Below, piece after piece: positions 1 to 13,520 of a stretch of DNA of 64,000 nt. The notes below the pieces were generated by a model. That model was not told the DNA's origin. It was given only the letters and a program-made list of their open reading frames with translations, and did no database searches. This stretch comes from Octopus sinensis. Its lineage: Eukaryota. The stretch is from positions 1 to 64,000 of the forward strand of contig NW_021834788.1 of NCBI RefSeq assembly GCF_006345805.1, written 5' to 3'. A program made the translations under genes and the position numbers. Each line of letters starts with the position of its first letter. Positions within the stretch are counted from its first letter, which is position 1.

Positions 1-57
1 GTAACTGGTACTTATTTAATCGACCCCGAAAGGATGAAAGTCAAAGTCGACCTCGGC
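1..57 (-). mobile_element. SINE family B fragment
   Basis: Reverse complement matches the gccgaggtcgactttg...tttcatcctttcggggtcgattaaataagtaccagttac body of 63251-63490. Confidence 0.8.
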
Positions 58-157
58 CCGGGGCTATAGTAGAAGACACTTTCCCAAGCTCTTACGCAGT
101 GGGACTGAACCCAGTACCATGTGGGTGAGAAGCAAACTTCTTATCACATGACCACGT
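56..157 (-). mobile_element. SINE family A head fragment
   Basis: Reverse complement of the tRNA-like head and cttgggcaagtgtcttctactatagc block of 35759-36125. Confidence 0.8.
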
Positions 158-1273
158 CTCAGAGTGAATGTCTGTCGACACCAAAGCATGTATGCTTACA
201 TATCAATGCAGGTATCATTCTGCATATGATATGCATGTACGGCATAAGCATATAGTTCTGCTGACATTTACGTTGATGTGTAGGTGAGTCTCTGCGTGAA
301 TGTGTGCAGTCCGTGCGTATTCTTGATATCTGAATCATAAACAATGAGCAGTAAGCAGCCAACCGGATCTCTTTCAGTGGTTGTCTGCGACACCTACACA
401 ACTACCTACATACATATATCCATCATATGTGTGTGTGTACGTGTATGTATTTACATACATACAAACATACATACATACATACATACATACATACAATACA
501 TACATACATACATACATACATACATACATACGTACATACGTACATCATGTGTGTGTATGTATGAATAAAATGATACACGTGTTTTGGGCTAAATGCGGTT
601 CGTGGCTTGCTTTCGTGTGTACGTGTGTACGTGTGTGCGCGCTTGCTTACTCCTGTCGTATGAATCGACAAATGGAATTTTCTCTTGTGCGAAGGCCCGG
701 TGGATCGAACACTTTCAATACGTCTAACTCGACGCACGTGTTTCTGCACGCATTACTTGGAGTGTGGTACTAAATTGAATTTAAAATGATATATACGCAC
801 GACTTTATTACAAATATGCCAACAAATACAGACGTAGAAACAGGTTTACCTGTGCACACATAGATATAATATTTTATTATTTATACACACACACACACCA
901 CACATATATATATATATAACTATGACTATATTTAAGTATGCATGCAATCATGCATGCATACATGCACGTATGTACGTATGATTGTAGGTGTGTGTATGTA
1001 GGTGGTGTATGTTTGTATGTATGTATGCATGTAAGTATGTGTGTATGTAAATATATATGTGCTTGTGTGTATGTATATTGACATATGTACTCACACACAT
1101 ATGAATACACCTATATATAGTTGTTAGTTGTGTGTATGTGTATATATATATATATATATAATATATAATATATATATATATATATATATGGGGCTTTATT
1201 TTACTGGAAAGTAATACATTTGTATTGCAATATTTTTTCATTGAAATATGTATACATACATATCCATACATCG

Positions 1274-1440
1274 CGTGGAGGCTTATGGCTTAGTGTTAAG
1301 TTTGTAACGCTCATCGTCAAAGGATTTTGGTTTCGATTCTTGGACCGAGTGATGCGTTGCGTTCTTGAGTAAAACTCATTTCATATTGCTTCATTCCTCT
1401 TAGCTGGCAAAAATAAGTAATTCTTGGACGGGTCAGAATC
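1274..1440 (+). mobile_element. Old tRNA-derived SINE head
   Basis: A-box-like tggcttagtgtt and B-box-like ggtttcgattc, followed by a CORE-like gttcttgagtaaaac...ttcatattgct block. Confidence 0.6.
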
Positions 1441-1612
1441 CCGACCATGCGGTCAATATGTACACCACACAACCCAGGAAATCGGTATTATGAACCTCGC
1501 GCTCTGGAAGCACCATTGGTCCTTTATTGATGTTATACACACACACACACACACACCACACACACACACACACACACACGTGTAAATACGTATATATATA
1601 TGCACACATACA

Positions 1613-1840
1613 TATGCAGCTGTGTGGTAGATGCTTGCTTCCAAACAATATGGTTCCGAGTTCGTCGTGCCTGTGTTTGCCCATCACTATGCTTGACAAC
1701 CTGTAAAGGTTTGTTTAAGAACCGTAACTTAAGGGTCGATAGAATAAGTTCGAGGCTTTAAAAAATATGCGTGTATGGGGTCGATTTATTCTCAAGGCAG
1801 TGCCCCAGCATGGCCACACTCTAATGACTGAAACTATTAA
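1613..1840 (+). mobile_element. SINE family A, degraded
   Basis: gctgtgtggtag...atggttccgagttc head and the gatagaataag...ggggtcgat...ccagcatggcc...aatgactgaaac 3' part. Confidence 0.7.
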
Positions 1841-2062
1841 AATGTAAAATATAAAGGATGTATAGGTTTATGTATATAAAAAAATGTGCAGGCATTAACG
1901 GTTGAATATGATGTATATGTATGTGTATGTATATATAACCCACAAGAGTAAACAAGAGTGACAGAGACAGGCAGAAACAAGGAAAATGCCCCTTGTATTT
2001 GAATACTATGCAAATATTCTTAAAAAAAAAACTTTTAATTTTTCCAAAATTTTCCATACTTA

Positions 2063-2098
2063 CAGTTGAAAACGTCTCAGTGACTGAAACCGGTACTG
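2063..2098 (+). ncRNA. Degenerate minimal hammerhead ribozyme motif (Penelope-type)
   Basis: cag-TTGAAAA(c)-gtc tcagt gac-t-GAAAC-cg-GTA-ctg. Stems I and II and a palindromic stem III are present; the CUGANGA core is mutated. Confidence 0.45.
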
Positions 2099-2312
2099 AA
2101 ATCTTTTTTATGAAATTATTTAGCATTTTCTACCTTGACTTTTTTTTCCATATATATCAATTCGTGTGTTGCTTTTCCATCTTCTACACACACACACATA
2201 TATATATATATAAAACTTAGATAAAACTTAGATATGTTTCGACCAGAGATTGGTCCAGGCCATGTCTAACTTAATAGCACCACCTGATAGGATTATTCGA
2301 ATCCTGTTTAAG

Positions 2313-5290
2313 TCAAGTTTTGTTCAAGTAGTGAGTTCTTGTTGGGTGAGTGTATCCAGTTTGTTCAAGTAGTGAGTTCTTGTGGGTGAGTTGTATCCAA
2401 TTATGGGTGGCTTGTCTGGTATTCTTGAAGGAATCTATCCAGACTCTGTTTGAAGTTGATGGGATCCTTTTCCTCTTTGATCTCCCTCGGGACAATGTTA
2501 AATAGGGCAGGGCCTGTTGAGGAAAAGAAATTATGTTGCAGTGTACATGTATGTTGTGATCTTGAATTTGGCAGGGGACGTATAGCCCGTGGTCCAAGTC
2601 TCGGATGAACCTTGAAGCTAATGTTTAGGTCGTTTGGGCAAAGTTGGCGGTATATTTTCCACATCGTACAAATGATGTACCGCTCACGGCGACGCTGGAG
2701 GGAGTAAAGTTTCAAGGCTTTAAGGCGATCCCAATAGTCGAGAGCAGCCATGCCTTCAATTTGTTTAGTGAGAGCCCTCTGGGGTGACTCAATTCTGGAG
2801 ATGTTTTGTCTTGTGTGAGGAGACCACAGTGGGCAGCAGTATTCAAGGTGTGGCCGTACAAAGGATGAAAAAAGTGGTATGATGACACCTTGTTCTCTGG
2901 ACCGGAAGTTCTTAAGATCCAGGAACTCATCCTACGAGCTGTATCGACCTTCTTGTGATGTGTGCACTCCAACTGAGATCGTCATCAACAATTACACCCA
3001 GGTCTCTGATATTGTTAGAGGCTGTGAGCGGTTCCCCTGAAGGAAGAGAGTATGGTTGTTTTAGTGAGGAATTCTTCCAAAATGCATCAGCTCAAATTTT
3101 CCCTCATTCAGTTGCATTTTGTTTCTGTCTGCCCATTGACTCACAGCATATAGGTCAGACTGGAGTTGAGTTCGGTCTGCTTCTTCATTGACGATTTGCT
3201 GGAGCTTAGTGTCATCAGCGAATATTTTCACTTTGCAGTGATGTACGACACTGGAAAGGTCGTTTACATAAATTATGAAGAGTAGCGGACCCAAAACAGT
3301 TCCCTGGGGAACACCGCTGGTGACTTTTGCTGGGTTTGAGTGGACTCCATCAACTACAACATGTTGTGTTCTATTCGCTAGGAAATACTGAATCCAGTGT
3401 AGAACTTTTCCACGGATTCCAACATTTGCCAATTTTGAGAGTAGGATGTTATGGCCTACCCTGTCGAACGCTTTACTGAAGTCAAGGTATATGACGTCAG
3501 AGTTCGAACCTGTTCCCAAGGCTTTGAGTACATCTTCAATGTGGTGTAAGAGCTGTGTTAGACAGTCCCTGCCACAGCGAAAGCCATGTTGATTTGAATT
3601 TAGGGTCTCCAGGAAGTCAGCTATCCTTGATCTTAACACTCTTTCAAACACTTTAATGATGTGGGAGGTGAGTGAGATTGGGCGATAGTTGACTGCGAGG
3701 GATCTGTTTCCCTGTTTGAAAACCGGGATGACCGACTGGGAGAGAAACTGTTTCAGTATATAACCTGCGTCTAACGAGTTTCTCCAGAGGTTGGTCAGAG
3801 GGACTGCAAGTTGATATCTACATTCCTTCAGGAGACTGGCGGGAAATCTATCAGGGCCTACAGCAGAGTAATGTTTGACCTCATTTATTGCTGCTACGAT
3901 GTCGGTGGCAGTGAAGGTTATGTCTGCGATTTTGTGTTGGGAGTCAGCTTCGTTCGTTTCCCTCACATCAATATCAGTGGGAACACTGAAGACAGAGCAA
4001 TATTGTTTCTGCGCAGTATTTCTGCCATTTCTTTAGCATCGTGTTGGGGAATGCCGTTTTCATCAATCAATGGCCCATAGGTGAGACAGTGGTTCTATGC
4101 TTATTTGCATAAGAATAGAACACTTTTGGGTTCTGTTTGATGTTTTTGATTACCCATTGTTCCTCCACAGCTCTTTGATTTTCAATGGAGGTTTTCATGT
4201 TAGTCTGCAGATGAAGTTTTTCCAGCTCTAGTCTTTTCATTGTTGTTGAATGTGGATGTTGCGTGTGGGAATATTTTAATTGGTTGATTTTTTTGTTGAG
4301 TCTTTTGATGCGCCTGATGAGTGTTTTTTTCTTTTTAGGGAGCCGGTTTCTGTTTGTGTTAGTAGATTTCTTGGGAGCGTGTTTAGAGCATGTGTCGGTG
4401 ACAATGGTTTCAAAGTGCTGCCACGCGGTCTCAATATGAGGGGAATTGAGAGTAAAAGACCAGTCGATGGAAGACAGATCCTTTCTGATTGTTCCCCAGT
4501 CCGCTTTGTGGAAATTTATGTTGTCAAATGGGTGCCATGGAGTGGGATTGGCTGGTTTGGTTTTTATACGTCGGGAATTAAGATTGCAGAGTACCATGTC
4601 GTGGTCTGAGAGGAGAGTTTTTTCGACTGAAATGCTGTGAACGTAGCTAGAGTGATTGGTCAGTACCAGATCCAAGATCGTTTTATTCTGTCTCGTTGGT
4701 TCAAGCACTAGCTGAGTCAGGAAATACTCATCCATCAGATTAAAGAGCAGTTCTGCTGCTGCCCTATCTGATGTAGAGCACTTGCCTAACTTCGGAGTAT
4801 TTGTGGGCCAGTTCACATGAGGGAGGTTAAAATCACCCATCACTATTATGTTTCCGGAGTGGTACTTCGAAGGAAGGACTTGACTTTGCTAAGGCACTCT
4901 TCAAAGTACTTTAGAGGTGCCTGGGGAGGCCTGTAAAGACCAACAATGGTTATGTCCTTGGCTTTGTTGTATACTGATACCGATTACAGTAGCCATTGGA
5001 AAATGTGTCCTTGGCATCAAGTGAAAAGGAGTCATGGATAAAGATGGCTGTCCCTCCCTTATTTCGGTCTGTGCGATCCGCACGAACAATGGTGAAATCT
5101 TTTATTTCACCTCTGCGTCCATATGGGTGTTGTTCAGGGAGTCTCGGTAAGGATAAAGAAAGGGGGAAGCAATGTGCCATTTCGGCAAGCCAACTCTCTA
5201 TATATGGGATCTTCCATTTTTGGGCAATAATTGATGGGTTGATGCCACGTACATTTAACAGGAATGTCGAGGTAAGGGAAGTTGGTAATG
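2313..5290 (-). pseudogene. LINE ORF2 (APE endonuclease + reverse transcriptase), disrupted
   Basis: Split across track ORFs 4950-5315, 4067-4843, 3061-3966, 2712-2972 and 2401-2751 by frameshifts. A 41-bp tandem duplication (2319-2359 / 2360-2400) lies at the C-terminus. Confidence 0.9.
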
Positions 5291-5559
5291 GGTGAGTGGT
5301 CCTTGTGATTTGCATAGATGGTTGGTGATGGCTCGCTGGATCTCCTGGCTTAGGTCGGCCTTCATATTTCCAGGTATGTCAGTAAAAAAGAGTTACTTGT
5401 TTGGTTTGCCACTTGGTCAGAGGATACATATTTCAAGTTGGCGTTATTTGGTGTTTTTTCCTGGTTCTGTCTACGTAGTTTGATTGTAGGAGGGGAAACG
5501 TGGGTGTATTTTGTTCTTGTTGTGTTCCTAGATTTCCTCGTTCCTGTTCATATCTATTC

Positions 5560-6016
5560 TGTGATCGTTTTGTGCCCTTCAGATGGTGGTTGTTTGCATT
5601 CTGGGTTCAGGCACATCCTTTGTGAGAAGAAGTTTGGCACAGTTTAGGATGGAATAAGGTGCATCCATTGCCTCTTATGCATCCGTATTTAGGGTCAGAA
5701 CCATAGATTCTGTATTTAGACAGTATTTGGGGTGGAGGTGGGGGCAATTTTTTCCTGTTATACCGTATGGACAGGGTGTGCCATAGCAAGTCTATCGACA
5801 TAAGGGACGGGGGTGAAAAGCACAGCGTCCATTTTTTGTTGTGCCGCTGGGGCCAAATCTACAAGTGCCTTTAGAATAGTAACGGCAGGGTTTTATTGGT
5901 TGTAGTAGTGGTTTTTCTATTTTGGCAGTAGTAGTAGTGTGGGTGGTGTGGTGGTTGGTGTTAGAAGCAGCTTGTTGATTTTGTGATGGTGGGTTCTGCT
6001 TGCCAGTATGTGTCAA
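5560..6016 (-). pseudogene. LINE ORF1 remnant with four tandem CCCH-type zinc fingers
   Basis: Manual translation across a stop and frameshifts: CRYYSKGTCRFGPSGTTKNGRCAFHP; CR*TCYGTPCPYGITGKNCPHLHP; C.KYRIYGSDPKYGCIRGNGCTLFHP; CQTSSH.RMCLNPECKQ.HL. Confidence 0.75.
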
Positions 6017-6880
6017 TCTGCAGCTGCCTTGAGAGTAGTATGGCAGATATATATTAATATATATATATATACTATATATATATTATTATATATATACACA
6101 CACCACATACATATATGCATGTATGTGTGGGTGTGTCTGTGTTAAGAAAAATATGGAGGGAACCGGTTTATTTATTTATATACAGCCGGAGAGCATCATA
6201 GTACTTTCCAGAAATAAACACAATAATCATTTACAGCTACTTGCTTACATACATACACAGCGAATTGGCGGCCTGGTTACGGAGTTGCGGAATATATCTT
6301 GCAGGATACGTCCCGCCTATTCGTATTTTGATTTCTTCAGTTCTAAATCTAATCTGTCGACTGCTATGACACAATACTTGCTTCATGGATGCCTGGCTTG
6401 GGGTTCCCCCTGTTGCAAGCAATGGACATTGCCTTAGGTCTGAGAATAAGCTCTTTCTTTTCTATCAAATGTTTCGGTGGCCCTGAAAAGGAAGGGGCTT
6501 AATGGCAAAGTGGAAACATATTATGCATCATACGAATCTTTATATTTTACGCGTCTCAGTAACTGGACCGCGGTCATGCTGGGACACCATATTGCAAGGG
6601 TTAAGACTAACAAATCTACCCCACCAAATTTGTTTTTTTAAAAAGTATGGTACTGATTCTGTTAGCATCATTTACCGAAAGCGCTATTATTGTACAGCTG
6701 TAAACAAACCGATCCCGGCTGTCAAGTGCTTGCAATAACGCACAGACGCACACGCATAAACTTCTGTACATACGACAGGTTTCTAAGATGGTTTCGTAAA
6801 GTAAATTCGTCAAATAAATATATATGCAAATGTCTATAAGTGTGAGTATGTTGTGCGTGTGTGTATGTGTGTGTGTGTAT

Positions 6881-6917
<37 letters not shown>

Positions 6918-7108
6918 GATGCCAATATAAGAATATATAGATAGACAATCGCACATACACATATAAGCACATAAGTTCGTACGAGATAAAACGGCTGACT
7001 TTGTACATCACGTCTTCGTTCAAAAATATACCAATTCAAAATTCTTAAGCATATTTTTGAGTTCTATTTAATTTCTCCGTTCAGATTCATTGCAAAATGT
7101 CACTATGG

Positions 7109-7662
7109 GAAGTTAAGTGGCCAGATGGTAGGAGTGATGTGGTCGCAGAAATTGTCTGAGAACCATGAGTGGGCTTATCCTGTTTGTGTGGCATGGTGCA
7201 GACTCCTGTAGCCAGATATAGGGTCTTCCAGCAGCCACCCTCTTCACCCAGAGCAGCACTACCTCCTCCAGGAACTTGTTGTAGACCTCCGTATTGAATC
7301 TGAGGCCGTTTGGGAAGATGAATGGAGGTATAACGTCGCCATCACCAGTGATCACACCAAACACGATGATATTGACTGGATGCTTGATATTTTTCACTCT
7401 CAGTACATGTCCCCAGATTGCACTGTCCTCAAATTGACACCCAAGCATCCTGAAATGTTCGTATTGGAGCTTCCGGCGTGAATGGCAAGTAGTACAGTAT
7501 TACGTTTCCAAATTTCTGACAGTGAATTGCGTCATGGTGGCTAGTTTTCTCACAGATGGTGCCCAACTGACCCTACAAGACAGTGTAATCAGCAAAAGAA
7601 AAACCCAAAACAATGTGCATGCGCAAAAAAATATAAAATGGTGATAATTTACCCATCGCATC

Positions 7663-7665
<3 letters not shown>
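7109..7665 (-). mobile_element. IS630/Tc1/mariner (maT/DD37D-like) transposon relic, internally deleted, one TIR
   Basis: KHPVNIIVFGVITGDGDVIPPFIFPNGLRFNTEVY...VAAGRPYIWLQESAPCHT then IWP. The 5' end is TA|CAGGATGCGATGGGTAAATT at 7665, and the N-terminal helices are fused directly to the DDE region. Confidence 0.85.
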
Positions 7666-7708
<43 letters not shown>

Positions 7709-7797
7709 TATATAAAAGCATGCCATGCTTTCTGGGTAAGTAATTTTTCATAATGGCTTTATGGAGATATTGTTATAAATCGCTTTATATATATATA

Positions 7798-7857
<60 letters not shown>

Positions 7858-8024
7858 TATATATATATATATGTAGAGAGAGAGAGAAGAGGAGAGAGAG
7901 AGCATAGCATAATTAAGTATACATGAAACAGGTACATCGTGTATAACTCTAAAGATATATATTGAAAGTCACAGCCGTCGAGACTGAGATGATGTGAAAA
8001 CATCGTATCAATCGGAAACACTCT

Positions 8025-8065
8025 TGGGTATAAGTTTCAGGATTATTGCTCCTCATCAGACAGAA
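8025..8065 (-). ncRNA. Hammerhead-like motif, probably decayed
   Basis: CTGATGA-gga gcaataa tcc-t-GAAAC. The core boxes and stem II are present; stems I and III are poor. Confidence 0.35.
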
Positions 8066-9030
8066 GAAGTATCGTCTACTCAGAGGAATTTTGAATCGAA
8101 ATAGCTGTATACTTTCAAACACACACACACACACACACGGATGCATACACATGCACACATGCACATTCATACATATATGTGTGCACCAGTGCGTGCGTAC
8201 GTCTTCGCGTGTGTAGGAGTATATGCACACACAGACACACACACACACACACATACACATACACAGCTATATGTGAAAGAGAACATGTGGAAGAAACTAT
8301 AAAGTGAAGATTTGACAATGGAAATAATAGAAATCTGTAGAAAACAAACAGAAATCAAAATTTCGACTGACTTATCAGTTTTGTGATTTCAGAAAAATTA
8401 TGAACTTATCGATTTTTGGGGGAAAAGTAAGATAATGAAAACAAGAACATAAAAATCCATCGACCATCTTAACATTATGTTTCTACCGAAGGCACTCTTT
8501 AATAGTTTCTATTCATCTTTTATACTTTCTTCTCTCTCTCTCCCGCCTCCTGTATTTCATTCACTTTGCCTCCAAGACCATGTGTGCCTCTCTGTGTGTG
8601 TGTCTAAGTGTGTGTGCGCGCGTGTTTGTGTGTGTATAGTGTGTACATAATACATATATATATACACATATATAAACCCGCGTTTAAGTATGCATGTTTG
8701 ATAAGACCTCTGTGTCTCTTAATATCTCTCTATCTCTCTTACTCTTTACCTCCCTCTATTCTTTTTTGCCTTTCTTTTATTTTGCCTCCTACTGTCTAAA
8801 TCTCTTCCTCTTTATGCATATGTGAATGTATATGTGTATATATTTATATACGTATTTATATATGCTTATATACATGATTGTGCATATACAGTTCTTATTG
8901 CATCTACTTCCTTTCTATTTCTATCTCTCTTTGTACTTTGTTTCCCTCTCTTTCTGTCTGTAGGTCTTCGCCTGCATGCTCTTTTATGTATATACACATA
9001 TATGCTCGTTTTTATTTGTGTGCATATATA

Positions 9031-9072
<42 letters not shown>

Positions 9073-9093
9073 CTCCTACCTCACTACTTCTCT

Positions 9094-9129
<36 letters not shown>

Positions 9130-9301
9130 CCCTCTCTCTCTCTCTAAGTATACCTGCCTATTTCATTTCATACCCTCTCTTTACATATCTCTCTATTTTT
9201 GCGTTTTATGAATGTATGCATATATGTATGTAAACATATATACATATATGTGTGTCTGAATGTATGCATATATATATATACATATATATATATAGATATA
9301 T

Positions 9302-9335
<34 letters not shown>

Positions 9336-9881
9336 GTATATATGTATATATATATGTATGTATGTATGTATGTATATATGTATATATGTATATATATATG
9401 TATATATATATATATGTATGTATATATGTGTAAATGCATTATGAGTATTTAGCTCCCCCTCCCTCTCTCTCTCAACTTTTCTCTCTCCCTCTTTCTCTCT
9501 CTTTATGTCTCTCTCAATATATATTTATCTACGCATATATTCCTTTCTTTCTCCCAACGTTCGCTATATTTCATTCTATTTCTGCTTCCTATTCTTTCTG
9601 TTCTCACTTCCTGTCTTTCTCTTTTTCATAATTTTTCTTCATTCCATCATTTTTACCATTTTTATTTTTTTTTTATTTCAATTTCTTCTTAGGAGGCATT
9701 TTCTTCAAGACAACCTGCTAATACAACCTCTGATTTCCATTTATTTCTCGAGGAAATCTTCTCTCCACCTCCAACCACGGTCTTTCACCATCTGCGTCTC
9801 CGGCTGTCTTTCATCACTCTCCCTCATTTTCAACCTCTCTTTGTCTCTTATTCTCTGTCTATGTGTCTGTCTGTCTCTCAG

Positions 9882-9960
<79 letters not shown>

Positions 9961-10804
9961 GTCATAATTTTTTTCGTGAATTCTTTATGCCATTCTGTCT
10001 GTCTCTCTCTTTATTTTTCTCTTGGCTTCTTTCATTTCTTTTCCATCATTCTTTTTGTGTCTTTCTAGCATTTACGTTTTTTTTTTCCTTTCCCGCTCTT
10101 TGTTTAATTCTTTGTTTCATTTTCTCTTATTTCATTCATTTGTTTCCAAAATATTTTTTCTGGTGTTATTATTCGTTGTTCATACCTTGTTTATTTCTCT
10201 TTCTCCTAAATCTCTTTATAACGATTTCTTCTAATTCATTGTAAACTATTTATTTTTTTTCTCTTTGGTCTTCTCATTTTTCTTTTTGCTTATCTACATC
10301 TTTTTACTTTTGCTTATCCCTGCATTTCTGTATGATTCTGTTGCTATTAATATGTTTGTTTACTTTATACATTTGTTGTTGTATTCTTTCCTTTTTTGTT
10401 CCAGATTTACCTCGTAATTTCTCATCTGTATAATATTTGCTACTTTATTTACTTTATATTTATTATTCCTTAATCCAATTTTATTGCTTTTCTGGACTGA
10501 TTCGATCTCAATTGTCTTAAATTTTAGTTGTTAGTTTTCTCTAATTTCCTTCGAGCAACATTTTCCTCATTACTTCAAAGAAAGCGAACATTAGAAACGC
10601 TGAACAGTATTTCTATAGCTCTCTCTTTCTCTCTGTCTCTCCCTCTCTCTTTTTGTATATATGTGTGTGTGTGTGTGTGTGTGTATGCGTTTGTGAACAC
10701 GTGTATATTTATTTATATATGTATGCGTATGCATATAACTCTGTATCTCGAGCTCTCTCGCTCTCTCTCTCTCTTTGTGAGTGTGTATCTGTGCCTGTTG
10801 TGTG

Positions 10805-10857
<53 letters not shown>

Positions 10858-11208
10858 TGTGTGTTGTGTGTGTGTGCGGGCGTATGCTTCGATGCATTAA
10901 ATGGAGAAAAAGTATTCAATACTTGTAGTAGAATTTACTCGTTCGAAACTAATGATTCTTAGGATTGCTAGAACTCTCTGGATTGCCAGAACAACAAGTC
11001 TGGCTCTTTGTGGGCTGCCAGGCAACAAGATCCATGTGTGTATGCTTGTGTGTATGCGCGCACAGATACACACACTTATATATTCATATATAGACAGGCA
11101 ATCGCACATACACATATTAGCACAAAAATTCGTACGATATAAAACGGCTGACTTTGTACATTACGTCTTCGTTTACAAATATACCGATTCAGAATTCTTA
11201 AGCATATT

Positions 11209-11627
11209 GCTCTTTTGCTCTTTTATTTGTTTCAGTCATTTGACTGCGGTCATGCTGGAGCACCTCATTTTGTCGAGCAAATCGACCCCGGGATTTATTC
11301 TTTGTAAGCCTAGTACTTATTCTATCGGTCACTTTTGCCGAACCACTAAGTTACGGGGATGTAAACACACCAGTATCGAGTGTCAAGCGATGTTGGGGGG
11401 ACAAACACAAACACACACACACACGCACACACATACATACACACACACATACATACATATATACATATATACGATGGGCTTCTTTCAGTTTCCGTCTACC
11501 AGATGCACTCACAAGGGTTTGGTCGGCCCAAGGCTATAGTAGAACACACTTGCCCAAAGTGCCACGCAGTGGGACTGAACCCGGAACCATGTGGTTGGTA
11601 AGCAAGCTACTTACCACACAGCCACTC
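11209..11627 (-). mobile_element. SINE family A, near full length
   Basis: Reverse complement matches 35759-36125 and 58540-58948 along its length, including the internal (TA)(TG) microsatellite. Confidence 0.9.
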
Positions 11628-11993
11628 ACATTAGGCCCAAGAATTTAAAGCCTTTCTTAAGGCTTATAGTTGAGTTCTATTTAACCACTCCGTTCAAATC
11701 CATTGCAAAATGTCACTGTGGATTATAATACTAAATATCGGGTCCGAAATTCAAAATGTGTCTACACCCTATAATTCGTATCAGATAAGTCGATTGGTAA
11801 AAATGCCAGATATTTACTAGAAATAAATAGTTGGAATCTCATGTTCCACCAATTCTTTTTTCTATTGATTTCTTAAGATAATTTAAAGTAGTTATTTAAA
11901 ATAACTCTTCCATAATTTTTTGCGCAAACCGGTAACAATGGACACATGTTTCGGTTTGTCTGACTTCGTCAGTGACGTTAATCGAGATTGCAG

Positions 11994-12135
11994 ATGAGTG
12001 GATAAATCTTTACAAATACAATGCTGCTGCATACACGACTGGTCAAAATAATTTGAAGAATGAAAAAAACTTCTGGGAAATAATTTCAAAAGCTAGTGGC
12101 ATAAATTTGGATAAATATCTGGAAGGGTGGATGTC
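11994..12135 (+). other. Candidate coding exon (unverified)
   Basis: ttgcag| acceptor and |gtatgt donor. The open frame DEWINLYKYNAAAYTTGQNNLKNEKNFWEIISKASGINLDKYLEGWM is non-repetitive, but the polypyrimidine tract is weak and no partner exon was found. Confidence 0.25.
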
Positions 12136-12544
12136 GTATGTAATAAATACCCAGTTCTTGATAATCAGAATTAATTTCTAAAAGGAATTTATTTTTTCAA
12201 CTAAGATTGTTCTGTCATTTCTCTTAATATTTATATTAAACTAGGAAATTAATTTCTTGATATTATCTCACGTATTCTTTCAGAGTCGGCAATTGTTACT
12301 GATAGGTTTTAGTTTACTTTCTCCCTAAGCAGTAGAATTCCATTTCAACCAAATGATATATGTATATATTTTTGCACACACACGCGCGCGCGCATACACA
12401 CATGTACAACGATAGATATATAAATATATGTATATAGGTATGTACATGTATATATACGAACTTGCCAAAGTGAATCAGAACCCAAGTAAGACAAAACCAA
12501 AGACCACATGGCTGGGAAGCAAACTTCGTACTACACGTCCACGT

Positions 12545-12647
12545 ATATATATATATATATATAATATACATATATATACACACACCACACATATATATAT
12601 ATATATATAATATATATATATATATGAATATATAGATATATATATTC

Positions 12648-12710
<63 letters not shown>

Positions 12711-12842
12711 TATATATATATATATATAATTATATATATATATATATAGATATATATATAATATATGAATATAATATATATATAATTATATATATATATA
12801 TATATACACATATATATATATATATATAGTATATATATATAT

Positions 12843-12895
<53 letters not shown>

Positions 12896-12935
12896 CTACA
12901 TATTACATATATATATATACATATATATATATAAT

Positions 12936-12981
<46 letters not shown>

Positions 12982-13009
12982 TATATCTATACTATATATA
13001 TAATCCTAT

Positions 13010-13105
<96 letters not shown>

Positions 13106-13250
13106 CTATATATATATATACATATATATATATATACATATATATATATAATAATACATATATTATATATAATATACATATATAATATATATATATATCT
13201 ATATATATATATACTATATATATATTACATATAGATATATATATATATAC

Positions 13251-13286
<36 letters not shown>

Positions 13287-13343
13287 CATATATATATACA
13301 TATATATATATATACATATATATATATATTATATAATAATATA

Positions 13344-13383
<40 letters not shown>

Positions 13384-13520
13384 CCATATTATATTATATA
13401 TATATACATATATATATAATATACATATACATATATTATAATATACATATATATATATATATATATACTATATCTATATATATATATATAATATATATGA
13501 ATATATAGATATATAATTAA
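12545..13520. repeat. ~1-kb interrupted (TA)n tract
   Basis: Directly visible. Confidence 0.97.

Larger units (their letters stand above)
2211..6047 (-). mobile_element. CR1-group non-LTR retrotransposon, 5'-truncated within ORF1, frameshifted
   Basis: Minus-strand ORF pieces give an APE endonuclease (LLNVRGI, RADR...KGGTAIFI, MGDFNLPHVNW, TILDLVLT, LSDH), an RT (NYRPISLTS, NQHGFR, YLDFSKAFDRV, SGVPQGTVLGPLLF, IFADDTK) and a CR1-type C-terminus (YWDRLKALKLYSLQRRRERY). The 3' end has a stem-loop and a (TCTAAGTTTTA)2 tail. Both ends abut (TA)n. Confidence 0.93.

Noticed and set aside
2228-2262. gacc-loop-ggtc-GAAAC on the minus strand, resembling half a hammerhead
   Set aside because: No CUGANGA upstream; better explained as the CR1 3'-end stem-loop.
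6237-6437. Open frame LLAYIHT...HGCLAWGSPCCKQW, vaguely like an aminopeptidase C-terminal domain
   Set aside because: The similarity is too compressed and subjective, and the order is inconsistent with the 11994 candidate.
12314-13301. Many YI/HT/CV-repeat ORFs here and throughout the window
   Set aside because: Dinucleotide and tetranucleotide repeats lacking stop codons.
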